DNA of 63,407 bases, filler included, from Chiloscyllium plagiosum (Eukaryota), in assembly GCF_004010195.1 (NCBI RefSeq). It is 7 parts of 7 records of this genome, joined end to end, with 100 filler letters (N's around TTAATTAATTAA, not from the genome) between each part and the next. Parts side by side here need not be neighbours in the genome. Positions count along the whole stretch, not along the records: positions 19,175 to 26,267 come from NW_025211098.1; positions 26,368 to 46,811 come from NW_025213334.1; 5 more parts are not named here. One strand, given 5' to 3'. Below the pieces are notes generated by a model. That model ran no database searches, was not told where the DNA came from, and saw only the letters and a list, made by a program, of their open reading frames with translations. A program made the translations under genes and the position numbers. This document shows, piece after piece, positions 23,070 through 37,131 of the stretch (the first letter of the stretch is position 1; every line of letters begins with the position of its first letter).

Positions 23070-25150
23070 AAAGGTACTCAAGCCTGAAATTGTTAAACTC
23101 TGTATTGAGTCCACACAGCTGCAGTGTTCCCAAGCAGAAAATGAAGAGCTGTCCTTCAAGCTTGTGCTGAGCTTCACTGGTGGACTGCAGCAAGCCTGAG
23201 ACAGAGATGTTGGCCAGGGAACAGGGTGATGTGTTGAAGTGATAGGAACTGAAATCTCCAGGTCGTTTCTGCGACTCGAGCATGGGGTTGTGTGGAGCAG
23301 TCCCGCAGTGTATGCTTTGTTTCCCCAATGGAGAGGGGACCACAGTCTCAGCAGTGAATACAGTCGCCGGGATTGAGTGGAATGCTTCACCTGGAAGGTG
23401 TGTTTTGCTTCTGGGATACGGAGGACAGTGGAAGTAAATGGGTAGGTGACACACCTTCTGCCATTGCAGGGAAAGGTGCTGTGGGGCTGTGGATTGGGGG
23501 GATTGGGGAGAGGGTTGGGAGTGAAGAAGAAATGGACCAGGGTTTCCCAGAGGGAATGGTCCCTGTAGAAGGCCGGGAAGGGTCACGCAGTGGAATGTGG
23601 GTTTGGTGCTGGCATCCTGCTGGAGATGGAAATGGCAGCTAATGATCCTCCGGATGTAGATGGTGGGACGGTGGGTGAAGACAGGGGAGACCCTATCACT
23701 GTTGTGGGAAGGGGGGGGGGGGGGGATGGTGGTGGGACGGTGGGTGAAGACAAGGGGACCCTATCACTGTTGTGGGAAGAGAGGGGGGGGGTGAGGGCCA
23801 AAGTGTGGGAGATGGGTCAGACCCGGCCAACTGCCCTGTCAACCACGGTGTTGGGAATTCCTTGGCTGAGGAAGAAGATGGACATTTCTGAGGCCATCTT
23901 GTCGAAGCTGGCATCATTCAAACAGATGCAGCGGAGACAAAGTCGCTCAGAGAATAGAACAGTGTTTACAGGAAGCAGGATGTGAGGATGTCCAGTCAAG
24001 GTACCTGTGGGACTCGGTCGGTTTGCAGTGGGTATTGTCACCAGGCTCTCCCAGAAATGGAAACAGGTGTTAAGGAAGGGAAGGGAGGAGTCAGAGATGG
24101 ACCAAGTGAGGGTGAGAGCAGGGTGGAAACTGAAAGGGAAATTGATAAACTTGATAAACCAATTCTGGATAAGGGAGGGAAGCAGTATTGGTGATATCAT
24201 TGACCTACTGGAGAAACAGTTGTGAGTGGGGGCCAGAATAAGAGTGGGACAAGGAATGTTCCAAGAGGCAGGCATGTGGATATGTCTGGTACGCATACCT
24301 TTGACCTGAAGAAAGAGTTCAGGGAAGTTTTAAGGATGGGCTTGGCCCGGAGGAGGTTGGTGATGAATGGAGATGGTTCAGACCATTTTACCAGGAAGAC
24401 GCGGAGAGCCCTGAGACCATCCTGACTGGGGATAGATGTGTAAAAAGGGGTGATACATCCAAGGTGTAGAGGAGGTAGCCAGAGCCCATGAACTGGAAAT
24501 TCTAAACTGACATAAAGCAGAGGAATGGCAGGTGTAAGAGGGAAGGGACTGGACAAGGGCAGATCACAAAACTAAGTTGAGGAAGGATAAGATGGTTCCT
24601 GTGCATTTGGAGCAGTGAGTCTGCTCAGGCAGCCCTGTGTGGGGATTTTGGGAAGGAGATAGAAGTGAGATGTGTGGAGTTAGGAGACTATGAACTTGGA
24701 TACACAGAGGGTGAGATTCTTGGATGAGATGAGGTTGGTGCCCAAAGTGGACACAATGCCCTGTTGTACCAATGGTAGGGTCATGGGTCAGGGGGAGATA
24801 GGAGGAGGGACCAGAGAGCTGGTGCTCATCCTGTGCAATGTAGAGATCAGTACACCAGGCAACAACCACAGGTCTGAGCCAGCATGAGGCGCTGCTGTTG
24901 GCAGAGGTTGGGATTGTGCATATGACAATGTATGACACTGAGTGTGGATCTCAGGAAATGATGAGAACAGCTGTCAGGGGCCCGTTGAACAGCACAGAGA
25001 TCCCTGTGATGCTGGATGGATTCAACACAAAGGATGGAACTGGAGTTGGAATCCACGTGGGGGGAGTCTGAGCCGAAGGCAGTCTCTGAGAAATATGATG
25101 TGATTGTGGATAGGGGTTTTCACAAATACCTTGTCAAACACCAGGAGTGA
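23070..25150 (-). mobile_element. Degenerate Penelope-like element (RT and GIY-YIG region)
   Basis: FINFPFSFHPALTLTWSISDSSLPFL, LRCICLNDASFDKMASEMSIFFLSQG and C-terminal HKLEGQLFIFCLGTLQLCGLNTEF, typical of vertebrate PLE proteins; many frameshifts. Confidence 0.75.
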
Positions 25151-26267
25151 CAGCAACATTAACGGTGGTGAACAAGAAATAAGAAAGATTGGAATGGAAA
25201 TCCTGTCAGAGAGAGGAGCAGCACTTCTTCAAATTGGCCAAAACGAGAAGAGACGTGACAGTGAGTTAAACAGTTAACAAAAACCTGAATTAACTGTGTG
25301 CGGATGCTGGAAATCCAACAAAAACAGAAATTACTGGGAAAACTCAGCATGTCTGACAGCATCTTTTGGGATAAATGTTGTGGGGGATAGGGATGGGTAA
25401 ACAATAGGTGGAAATAGTCTAAAGAGAGAGATAAACAGTTAGACAAACAAAGGAGTGGATAATGGTTAGTCTGGGAACATTAATAGCTGCTACTGGGACT
25501 ATTTGCATCTGACAAAGGATTATGTACAATAGCAGCTGATGTGATAACAAGGCCTGGTATGTAGGGGTGGGGAAAAGTGACATTTAGCTTGGATCCATTT
25601 ATGTATCTGAGACATTTTCACTCTCTCAGAACCCTGTTTCACCCTCCCAGACTCTTAAACCTGTCAAAATAATTCCCCCCCACCCCGAAGTGATTGCCTC
25701 GTGTCTGTCCAGGCTGGTTGATGTATTTTTTTTTGTCTTTATTGCACATTGACAGAATGCATACTGGCTGCAAGTTATGTGATAGTCCTTTAATGACTGT
25801 CCATTGCTTATGTAGAGTCATGCCGTTTATTGTATTTTTCAACTTCTCCAAAACTAATTTTGACCTCAGGTTTTTATAATTTGCCTTATGTGAAAATTAA
25901 CACCCTTGCTAGAATGCTCCCATGATTTTAAAGATTATATAACATTCTGTCGTTTTAAGATCACTCATTCTTGAAGTGTAAAAAAAATAATAACAAGGTT
26001 ATTAATTAATCATTTCTTCTTACAAAATACTAGATCTCGAATAACACATCCTGTCATTGGCCCTCCAACATTGTGTTTGAGAAAACCACCCGATAAAGAC
26101 TCCACAATCTCGTTCTTCACAGCTTCGGCGTTGAACTGTGTTGTGTTTTCTCATTATAATGCGGATAGAAGTCACCCTTGGCAACTTAGATGTCCATGTG
26201 ACATAACACTCTCATGTCCTGATGAAAATCATGCCACACACCCCCACCGCTATTTGGTGGCCTCTAA

Positions 26268-26367
26268 NNNNNNNNNNNNNNNNNNNNNNNNNNNNNNNNN
26301 NNNNNNNNNNNTTAATTAATTAANNNNNNNNNNNNNNNNNNNNNNNNNNNNNNNNNNNNNNNNNNNN
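26268..26367. other. Artificial scaffold-joining spacer
   Basis: 44 N + TTAATTAATTAA + 44 N. Confidence 0.95.
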
Positions 26368-26940
26368 CAGGGGGTCCCTGCACTGGCTGTTTCCTCCCAG
26401 TCCCCCTCACTGTCACCCATTTATCTGCCATCTTTGGAGTTACTACTTCCCTTACGCTCCGATCTATGACCCCCTCTGCCTCCCGAATGATCCTAAGTTC
26501 ATCCAATTCCAGCTCCAGTTCCCTAACACGGTCTTGGAGGGGCTGGAGATGGGTGCACTTCCTGCAAGTGTTTTCAGCAGGGACGTCCATGGCATCCCTC
26601 ACCTCAAACATGTTGCAAGAGGAACATTGCACTGCCTTCACTGCCATACCTCTGAAAGTAACCTTTTAAAAAAAAACCTGGGTCTAAAGAATACAACAAG
26701 CAAAATGCAGCACTTACCTACTTACCACAACGGGTCTTATTATTTAGGTTAGAGGAGGAGGGCGGGTGGGAGGCACTACCTCTGTAGTGCCTCGGGTTCT
26801 TCTCCTGCGCGCCTTTAAAGAGAAAAAAACCTACCCGGCTGCCCCTCTGGTCTTCATCACTTCCCCCTGCTGCTCCCGCTCTTTCTGTGAAAAAAAAACA
26901 CCGCTGCCCGCTACCGGTAAGTAATTTTAAAACAAACTGT
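26368..26940 (-). mobile_element. CR1-type LINE 5' UTR and ORF1 N-terminus (zinc finger / leucine zipper)
   Basis: MAVKAVQCSSCNMFEV...CRKCTHLQPLQDRVRELELELDELRIIRE. Confidence 0.75.
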
Positions 26941-26949
26941 CTTACCTTT

Positions 26950-28628
26950 CATTTACAAACAGGGTTAAGGAAAATCCCAAAGCCTTTTATTCATATATAA
27001 GGAGCAAGAGAGTGACTAGAGAAAGGGTTGGCCCACTCAAGGACAAAGGAGGAAAGTTATGTGTGGAGTCAGAGAAAATGGCTGAGATTCTTGATGAGTG
27101 CTTTACGTCAGTATTCACCAAGGAGAGGGAAGTGACAGATGTTGAATTTGGGGATAGATGTTTGATTACTCAGGGTCAAGTCAGTTTAAGGAGGGAGGAA
27201 GTTTTGGGTATTTTAAAAGGCATCAAGGTGGACAAGTCCCCAGGTCGGGATGGGATCGATCCCAGCTTACTGAGGGAAACGAGAGAGGAAATAGCTGGGT
27301 CCTTAACAGATATCTTTGTAGCAACCTTGAACATGGATGAGGTCCCAGAGGACTGGAGTATTGCTAATGTTTAAGAAGGGTAGCCAGGATAATCCAGGTA
27401 ACTATCAACCAGTGAGCCTGATGTAGTGGGAGGGAAGCTGCTGGAGAAGATACTGAGGGATAGGATCTATTTACATTTGGAAGAAAATTGACTTATCAGT
27501 TATAGGCAGCATGAATTTGTGCAGGGAATGTCATGTCTTACCAACTTCATAGAAGTTTTTGAAGAAGTGATGAAGTTGATTGATGAGGGAAGGGTTGTGG
27601 ATGTCATACACATGAATTTCAGGAATGCGTTTGATAAAGTTCCCCATGGTAGCCTGATAAAGAAATTAAAGTCACATGAGGTGCAGGGTGTACTCACTAG
27701 ATGGATAGAGAACAGGCTGGGCAACAGAACACAGACAGTAGTATTGGAAGGAGTTTCTCAGAATGGAGAACAGGCATCCATGCTGGTACCACTCTTGTTT
27801 TTGATATACGTAAATGATCTGGAGGAAGGTATAGGTGGTCTGATTAACAAGTTTGCAGATGATACTAATATTGGTGGAGTAGCAGATAGTGAAGGGGACT
27901 GTCAGAGAATACAGCAGAATATAGATAGATTGGAGAGTTGGGCAGAGAAACGGACGGATGGAGTTCAATCCGGGCAAATGCGAGCTGATGAATTTTGGAA
28001 GATCCAAATCTGGAGTAAACTGTACGGTGAATGGAATGCCCTGGGAAAATTGATGCCCAGAGAGACCTGTGTGTTCAGGTCCATTGTACTCTGGAGGTGG
28101 CAACACAGGTTGATAGAGTGGTCAAGAAGGCATATGGCATACTTTCCTTCACCAGACGTGGTATTCAGTACAAGAGTTGGCAGGTCATGTTAGAATTATA
28201 TCGCACTTTGGCTTGGCCACATTTGGAATACTGCCCACAGTTCTGGTTGCCACATTACCAGAAGGATGTGGATGCTTTGGAGAGGGTGCAGAGGAGGTTC
28301 ACCAGGATTGCTTGGTATGGAGGACACTAGGTATGAAGAGAGGTTGAGTAGACTAGGATTATTTTCATTAGAAAGTCGAACGTTGAGGGGGGACCTGATT
28401 GATGTCTACAAAATCATGAGAGGTGTATACAGGATGAACAGCAAGAAACCTTTTCCCAGAGTGGGGGACTCAATTACTCTTGGTCATGAGTTCAAAGTGA
28501 GAGTGGAAACATTTAAGGGAGATATGTGTGGAAAGTTCTTCACACAGAGAGTGATTGGTCCTGGAACACGTTGCCAGTGGAGGGGTAGAGGCAGGCACAA
28601 TAGCATCATTTAAGATATATCTAGATAG
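26950..28628 (+). mobile_element. CR1-type LINE ORF2 (RT), frameshifted
   Basis: KVDKSPGRDGI, SCLTNFIE, NAFDKVPH, LFLIYVNDL, KFADDT, PHLEYCPQFW, RGDLIDVYKIM. Confidence 0.9.
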
Positions 28629-29289
28629 NNNNNNNNNNNNNNNNNNNNNNNNNNNNNNNNNNNNNNNNNNNNNNNNNNNNNNNNNNNNNNNNNNNNNNNN
28701 NNNNNNNNNNNNNNNNNNNNNNNNNNNNNNNNNNNNNNNNNNNNNNNNNNNNNNNNNNNNNNNNNNNNNNNNNNNNNNNNNNNNNNNNNNNNNNNNNNNN
28801 NNNNNNNNNNNNNNNNNNNNNNNNNNNNNNNNNNNNNNNNNNNNNNNNNNNNNNNNNNNNNNNNNNNNNNNNNNNNNNNNNNNNNNNNNNNNNNNNNNNN
28901 NNNNNNNNNNNNNNNNNNNNNNNNNNNNNNNNNNNNNNNNNNNNNNNNNNNNNNNNNNNNNNNNNNNNNNNNNNNNNNNNNNNNNNNNNNNNNNNNNNNN
29001 NNNNNNNNNNNNNNNNNNNNNNNNNNNNNNNNNNNNNNNNNNNNNNNNNNNNNNNNNNNNNNNNNNNNNNNNNNNNNNNNNNNNNNNNNNNNNNNNNNNN
29101 NNNNNNNNNNNNNNNNNNNNNNNNNNNNNNNNNNNNNNNNNNNNNNNNNNNNNNNNNNNNNNNNNNNNNNNNNNNNNNNNNNNNNNNNNNNNNNNNNNNN
29201 NNNNNNNNNNNNNNNNNNNNNNNNNNNNNNNNNNNNNNNNNNNNNNNNNNNNNNNNNNNNNNNNNNTGTACTGTGTGATTTTATGATTC

Positions 29290-29840
29290 TGTAGTGTGTA
29301 GTTTCGGGCTCCTTATCTGAGGAAGGATGTTCTGGCTGTGGAGGGAGGGAAGGAAAGGTTTACCAGATTGATTCCTGGGATGACAGCACTTATGTCTGAT
29401 GAGAAACTGGATCAGTTAGGATTATATTCATTGGTGCTTAGAAGATTGAGAGGAATCACATTGAAACCTTGAAAATCGAACAGGACAAGACCAGAACAAC
29501 ACAGGGAGGATGTTCCTGATGACAAAGGAATCCAGAACTACGAATTATGGTTTAAAGGAAAGGGAAAGGCCATTTCAGACTGAGATGATGAGTCATTTCT
29601 TTAGCCAGAGCCTGGGAAGCTGATGGAATATTCTGTCACAGAAAGCAGTTGAGCCCAAAACATTCAATATTTTCAAGAGAGGATAAGTATAGTTCTTAGG
29701 ACTAAAGGGGTTAAAGTTTATGGAGAAAAAATGGGAGCAGGGGACTAAGTTGGATGATCAGCCATGGTCATATTGAATGGCAGAGCCAACTCGAAGGGCT
29801 GAATGGCTTCCTCCTGCTCCTAGTTCCTTTGCTTCTATGT
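29290..29840 (+). mobile_element. CR1-type LINE 3' fragment
   Basis: CR1 3' motifs and tail gaagggctgaatggcttcctcctgctcctagttcc. Confidence 0.65.
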
Positions 29841-29953
29841 TTGAGAGACTGTTCATAAACATGGAAACATATGGAATTATCGAGTCATAGAGTCATCGAG
29901 TCCTACAGCACAGAGACAGGCCCTTTGGCCCAAACTGGACCGTGCTGACCAAA

Positions 29954-31848
29954 ATGTCCATCCATGCTAACCCCATTTCCTGGCACTTGTCCCATATCCT
30001 TCAAATGTTTTCCTATCTATGTATTTGTCCAAATGTCTTTTAAATGTTAATGTATCCACCTCAATCACTTGAGCTGGCAGCTCATTCCACATGCGTGCCA
30101 TCCTCTGTAAAAATGTTGCCCCTCAGGTTCCCTTTTATTCTTTCCACTCTAACACTAAACTGATGCCCTCTTATCCTCGATTCTCCAACCCTATCCATGT
30201 CTCTCATGATCTTATACATTTCTAAAAGTTCCCCCACCAGTCTCTCATGATCTAAGAAAAAAGTCCTAACTTGCCTAACCTTTCCCTATAACTCAGATTG
30301 TTGAGTCCAGGCAACATCCTTGTATATTTCTTCAGTACTCTTTCTGGTTTAGTAATATCCTTCCTATAACAAGGTGACCAAACTGAATACAATATTCCAA
30401 GTGCGACCTCACTGACATCCTGTACAAGATTAGAGATTAGATTCCCTACAGTGTGGAAACAGGTCTTTAGCCCAATCAGTCCATACCGACCCTTTGAAGA
30501 GTAACCCATCTAGACCCATTTCCCTTTTACTAATGTACCTAACACTATGGCCAGTTTAACATGGCCAATTCACCTGACCTGCACATCAAACTTTCTAATC
30601 GTCCTTACAGATTCTCATCCAAATCATTAATATTGATAACAAACAGTAATGGGGCCAGCACTGAGCCCTGAAGCAATCCACTCAACATAGGTCTCCAGTC
30701 TGACAAGCATCCTTCCAATATTACCCTCTGCTTCCTACCATCAAGCCAGTTATAGAAAAGTATTTGTCTTTGGTTAGGAATTAGTTTGGAGGTAGGAGAC
30801 AGAGAGGAGGGATAATGTGTGTGCTCTCCAATGAACAAGATGTGAATAGTGGTGTCCCCAGGGATTTGTGCAGGGACCTCAGTATTTCACGATATTTCTC
30901 AATGATGTCCATCCATGCTAACCCATTTCCCGGCACTTGTCCCATATCCTTCAAATGTTTTCCTATCTATGTATTTGTCCAAATGTCTTTTAAATGTTGT
31001 TAATGTATCCACCTCAATCACTTCAGCTGGCAGCTCATTCCACATGCGTGCCATCCTCTATGTAAAAATGTTGCCCCTCAGGTTCCCTTTTATTCTTTCC
31101 ACTCTAACACTAAAGTGATGCCCTTTCATCCTCAATTCCCCAACCCTATCCATGTCTCTCATGATCTTATACACTTCTAACAGTTCCACTACCAGTCTCC
31201 TGTGTTCTAAGAAAAAAGTCCTAACTTGCCTAACCTTCCCCTATGACTCAGATTGTTGAGTCCTTGTAAATTTCTTCTGTACTCTTTCTGGTTTAGTAAT
31301 ATCCTTCCTATAACAAGGTGACCAAACTGAATACAATATTCCAAGTGCGACCTCACTGACATCCTGTACAAGATTAGAGATTAGATTCCCTACAGTGTGG
31401 AAACAGATCTTCGGCCCAACCAGTCCATACCGACCCTCTGAAGAGTAACCCACCTAGACCCATTTCCCTTTTACTCATGTACCTAACACTATGGCCAGTT
31501 TAACATGGCCAATTCACCTGACCTGCACATCAAACTTTCTAATCGTCCTTACAGATTCTCATCCAAATCATTAATATTGATAACAAACAGTAATGGGGCC
31601 AGCACTGAGCCCTGAAGCACTCCACTCAACATAGGCCTCCAGTCTGACAAGCATCCTTCCAATATTACCCTCTGCTTCCTACCATCAAGCCAGTTATAGA
31701 AAAGTATTTGTCTTTGGTTAGGAATTAGTTTGGAGGTAGGAGACAGAGAGGAGGGATAATGTGTGTGCTCTCCAATGAACAAGATGTGAATAGTGGTGTC
31801 CCCAGGGATTTGTGCAGGGACCTCAGTATTTCACGATATTTCTCAATG
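29954..31848. repeat. ~950-bp direct tandem duplication (29954-30904 / 30905-31848) of CR1 and SINE fragments
   Basis: Co-linear copies with scattered SNPs and indels; duplicated ORFs 30605-30838 and 31549-31782. Confidence 0.9.
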
Positions 31849-32199
31849 ACTTGGATGAAGGAAAAGAGAGCCAATTATCCAAGATTGCTGACCACACGGA
31901 GTGAGGCAGCTTGGAGGAGGTGACAGAGATAGGGAGGGTGGAGGGCAGGGAGGGATTTGAGAACAAGGATGAGAATTTCAAAATCGAGGTGTTGCGAGAC
32001 CAGGAGCCAATATAGGCACAGGGTGCAGGGGGTTGCGGGATCGTGACTTGGTGCAAGTTTGGATATGAGCAGCAGAAGTTTGGATGAGCTGAAGGATACG
32101 GAGGGCAGTGGCTGTGATATGTGTCAACCACGACATTGGAATGGTCATGTTTGGAGTCCCATAAACATGGCTGAGATTTTCAGTGGCTGTTTAGAGTAC

Positions 32200-32480
32200 T
32201 TACAGTGTGGAAACAGGTTCTTCAGCCCAACAAGTCCACACCGACCCACCGAAGCACAACCCACCCAGACCCATTCCCCAACATTCACCCAACACTACAG
32301 GCGATTTAGCATGGCCAATTCACCTAACCTACACATTTTTGGAGTGTGGGAGGAAACTGAAGTACCCGGAGGAAACCCACGCAGACACGTGGAGAATGTG
32401 CAAACTCCACACAGTCAGTCACCTGAGGTGGGAATTGAACCCAGATCTCTGGCGGTGTAAGGCGGCAGCACTGTACCACC
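32200..32480 (-). mobile_element. V-SINE (HE1-like)
   Basis: Reverse complement of the 22119-22412 family. Confidence 0.85.
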
Positions 32481-35400
32481 GTGATCTTTGTGATATGAAG
32501 GATATCGGGCTCAGATCATTCTCAAAGATAAGACCCAGTTTGTAAAGAGTCTGTTTGAGCAGCAGACAGTGCTCAGGGAGAGGGATGGAGTTTGGACCAA
32601 GATCTGAAGAGGATGGCTTTGATCTTCCCAATGTGTTTCCCAGTGAGCCTGGCTCCTCAGTCCTGACTGCTCTTAGCTGCTGTGATTGTCACTGATTGGA
32701 CACTTACTATGAGAGATTCTGAGCACAGCAGAAAGCCCCAGTGTAAAAAATAACTGCAAAGACTGTCAGATCGCAAGATTGAAACTTCACCAAGAGAGGA
32801 AGTGAAAGAAGGAGCTCGGAGCAGCTGGACGTTTGTTACTGAGACGGGAGAAAACTGTGAACCATCTGCACTCCCTGGAACCTGACAGCACAGGAGGCTG
32901 GTTCTGGGATTTTTTTTTTTGCAGAAACAGCACAATGATGGAAAAAGTGTCAGTCACTCTCTCACAAACACACACGCCTGCACTCGGAGATCAGAAACAG
33001 AATCCAGCAACAGCTCTGTCTCCAAGCTGTGAAACCTGCATAGAATTGTTCCCTCATTCAGTTTTTAACTGGCAGGATAGACCAAGCAGGAAAGGCAACA
33101 CAGTGGTGTGTACAGTCAGAAGGGAGTTGCCCTGGGAGTCCTCACCATTAACTATGGAATCCATGAAGCCTCATGACAGCAGGAAACCTCCTGCTGATTA
33201 CCACATAGCACCGCCCTCCCCTCCAACCTCAACTGAGCAGTCAGTCCTCCTCCATGTTGAACAACACTTGGAGGAAGCACTGAGGGTGGGAAGGATGCAG
33301 GATATACCCTGAGTAAGGGACTTCGAAGTCCACTATCAAGAGCTGCTCAGAAGCATCACTACGAGCAAGCTGGTCAAGTTCCACCTGATTCAGCTGCTAG
33401 ACTGGACCTGGGGCAGGTGGTGAGGGAACCAACAAGAGGGAAAAACATACTCACTATCATCCTCGCCAATCTGCCTGCTGATGATGTATCCATCCATGAC
33501 AGAATCAGTAAGAGTGACCACCACACAGTCCGTGTGGAGACAAAATCCCGTCTTCACATTGAGATTACGTTACATTTTGTTGGGCAAGAGATACAGGATG
33601 TCAGGAAGACCTTTGTTTTTAGCAGCAATTGGTAATGACTTGGAAATTAGTGCTCATTCAGGTGAGGCAGGTGAAGACACTCAGTTATTGCAATGGCAGA
33701 TTGGATGGGCTCTTAATGGAAATAAACCTGCAAGGCTCTGGGGGTTGAGTAGGGGAGAGGGTGGGACTGACTGGATTGCCCCATGAAATGACAGCATTTA
33801 CCTGACAGGCTGAATGTTCTCCCTCTGTGCTGGAAATAGGTCTCACTCAATGAGGGGTTCACAATTAGAGAGTTTGGATGCAGTAAATATAGGACAAATT
33901 GTTTCTCCAGGCAGGAGGCTCAATTACCAGAGGGCATACATTTCAGAAAGGGTCTGAAGGACAAGAGAGAAGATAGGAACATTTTTATCCAACGAGTTCA
34001 CGATGACTGTCTGTAAGGTGAGTGGAAGTGGATTCAACAGCAACTTTCAAAAGGGCATTTGGAGAAATAGCTGAAAAGGAAACAATTGCAGGGTTATACA
34101 GGAAGATCTGGGTAAATGGGACTCATTGGACAAATTTAACTAACAGTCACAATAGGCCCAGTGACCTCTGTCTGTGCTGTATAAGAGCTTACACACACTT
34201 AGTCTCACCTTTACACAAAGAGTGGGAGACGCAGACGCAGACCCAATTCACAAAAGAGTGTTTTCTCAAGGAAAAGCTGTTGTACCAATTCAGGGAACAG
34301 GCCAGACTAGATTGACGAGAATAAATCGGCAAAACAATGGCAAGTGAACAGCGATCCAAAAGCAATGGAAGTGAACAGCATATTCAATAGCACAACCATC
34401 GAGAGGGGGAGAGATGAGGGGCAGGAGGTCAGAGAGCATGCTCTAGGGGTCTGAAGGCTCTGCTGTCAATGGTGGGATGAAGGAAGCAGCAAGGGCAGGA
34501 GACCAGAGACAGAAGGTGGAAGGGGGAGGGAGGGAATGTGAGTCTGCAGCAGGACACAGAGTGAGGGAGGAGGGAGGCCATGGAGGCAATTGGCTGGCAG
34601 TGAGGTCAGGGGTTATTTTGGAATGACATATGCGCAGGACAGGGAAGGGAATACTCCATAATCAGACATGTTGAGGTTTATGGAGTGTGGATTCAGGAAG
34701 CTGAGAGAGGACATTGGAATCATCGAGTTAGGAGGTGGGACGAGCAGGAATTAGGGTTTCTGTCGTCAAGGGGCTGAGGAAGTGCAGAGACAGACAATGC
34801 TGTTGAGATTGAAATCAGAGGCCTACATGATGGAGAGGCTGTGGGGTTTGCAGCTCAGGTACTGGACAGTCCCGAGGGAAGGAGGCCCATGTTTACTGGT
34901 CTCTTCTGGAGCACCTAGTGGGAAGGAGGTCCATCTTTATTGGTCCTATGAGAAGGTGGCTCATGCATTCACCATCATAGAGTCATAGAGGTTTACAATG
35001 TAGCATCAGGCCCTTCAGCTCAACTCATCCATGCTGATCAAGTTTCCAAAACTGAACTAATCCCATTTGCCTATGTTTGGCCCAATCCCCTCTAAATCCT
35101 TCCCATCCATGTTCCTGTAAAAATTTCCTTGAAATGTAGTAATTGTACTCGCCACAATCACTTCCTCTGACAGCTCATTACACATACGCATCAACCTCTG
35201 TGTGAAAAGGTTGCCTCTCAGGTCCCTTCTAATTCTTTCCCCACTCAACTTCAACCTATTCCTTCTAGTACTGGACTCTACTACAATTGGGAAAAGACTA
35301 TGGCAATTCACGTTATCCATGACATTCATGATTCTGTAAACCTCTATGAGGTCACCCCTCATTCTCCTGCATTCCCTGGAAGATCATCTCGGCCTATCCA

Positions 35401-36028
35401 TCCTCGCTTTATAATTCAAACCCTCCAATCTTGGCAACATCCCTGTTAATCTATATTTTTATCCAAACCAGTGTAATAACTTCCTTCCTATCGCAGGGTG
35501 AGCAGAAGCGTACACAGTATCCTAATGTGACCTGACCAATGCCTTGTACGTGATGTTCAACTCCTGTACTCCCTGCTTTGACCAGTGAAGGTGAGCGTGC
35601 TGAATACCTTCTTCACCATCCTGTCTACCTGTGACACCACTTCCAAGGATCTATGTATCTGTGTATCTGTCTCTCTGTTCAACAACACTCCCCATAGCTC
35701 CACCATTAATTGTGTATTTGCTACAAAATAAATGATGAACAACAGTGGATCCAGGATCGCTTCTTGTGGCAGACGGCTGGTCACTGGCCTCCAGTCTGAA
35801 GAACAACTCTCTCTCACCAGCCTTTGCCTCCTATCATCAGGCCAATTTTATATCCAATTGGCTAGGTCTCCCTGGATCTTGTGTGATACAATCTTACTCA
35901 GCAGTCTACATAGGGGAACCTTGTCTAAGGCCTTGCAAAAGTCCGTGTAGACAGAATATACTGCTCTACCTTTATCTAACTTTCTGATCACTTCTTCAAA
36001 AACTCAGTCATCTATTTGTCTCCATCGG

Positions 36029-36220
36029 AAGGAGGCCAATGTTTACTGGTCTCTCTTGGAGGATCCAGTCAGAAAGAGGTCCATGTTTACTGGTCTCACT
36101 TGGAGGATCCAGTCAGAAGGAGGTCCATGTTTACTGGTCTCCTATGAAGAGTACATCAGGAAGGAGGCCAATGTTTACGAGTCTCTATTGGGAGGTTCAG
36201 TGGGAAGAAGGCCCATGTCT
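36029..36220. repeat. Degenerate ~39-bp minisatellite
   Basis: Repeats of aggaggtccatgtttactggtctc...ggaggatccagtcaga; further units near 34880-34950. Confidence 0.6.
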
Positions 36221-37091
36221 CTCCACCAGTCAGCTCCGTGAACTGAATTCCACGTTTACTGGGCACTGTTGGAGAGTCCAGTGAGTCACGGACACCATGG
36301 TGGATGTGGGGTTCAGTTATTTTCTGTTGTAATTGTCTAATGGTCGAGCCCTCATCCCAGTGAAACACGCTGACCCAGAGCCTGATCATGGAAGGGGAAG
36401 GAGAGAGGAAGGGATTGTAACATGATGTGGATGGACAGGATGGGTCAGAGTCTGTCCTGTCCCTCCAGCTCACACTGATGGCCTTAGGATCTCCTCTCTC
36501 TGCTGGGTCTTCATGGAATGAGGTTTGTGTCCAAACCAGTCCCCAGGGAGAATAGGGCAACAATACAGAACTGTCCTTCATTTGACAAGAATCTGTCCAT
36601 CTGCCTGAGACAAGCTAAATGTTTGGTCAGTGTGGGAAATGGGGCCTTACTCCAGGAAAAGACATGCTTCTGGGTCAAGGGTGAACATACATCAGTGGGA
36701 CAGAGCAGAGGGAGATTTATCCTGCATTCAACTGTAATCATCCGGGACACTGTGAGAAAGAGAGAGAAGCGAGACAGAGGGAGAGAGATAGTGTGTGAGT
36801 GTGAGAGAGTATGAATGAGTGAGTGAGTGAGTGAGTGAGAGAGTGAGTGAGTGAGAGAGATTGAGCAACAGAAGGACAGAGGGAGGAGCATCTGAGACAG
36901 TGTGAGATATGTGAGGGGACCCAGAGGGGGGTAGAAATGGTGAAGTTGAGGGATAGAGACAGAGAAACGAGATGTCAGACAGTGTGACTAAGAGGGGTGG
37001 AGAGAGAGAAAGAGACAAGGAGAGAGAGAAAGAGACAGGCTGGGTGTGAGACCAAACATGAAGGGAATCAAGAGAGAGAGGGTAGGGTTGA

Positions 37092-37131
<40 letters not shown>

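Noticed and set aside
36029-36220. CRISPR-like repeat array
   Set aside because: Vertebrate DNA; degenerate tandem units without unique spacers and no cas genes
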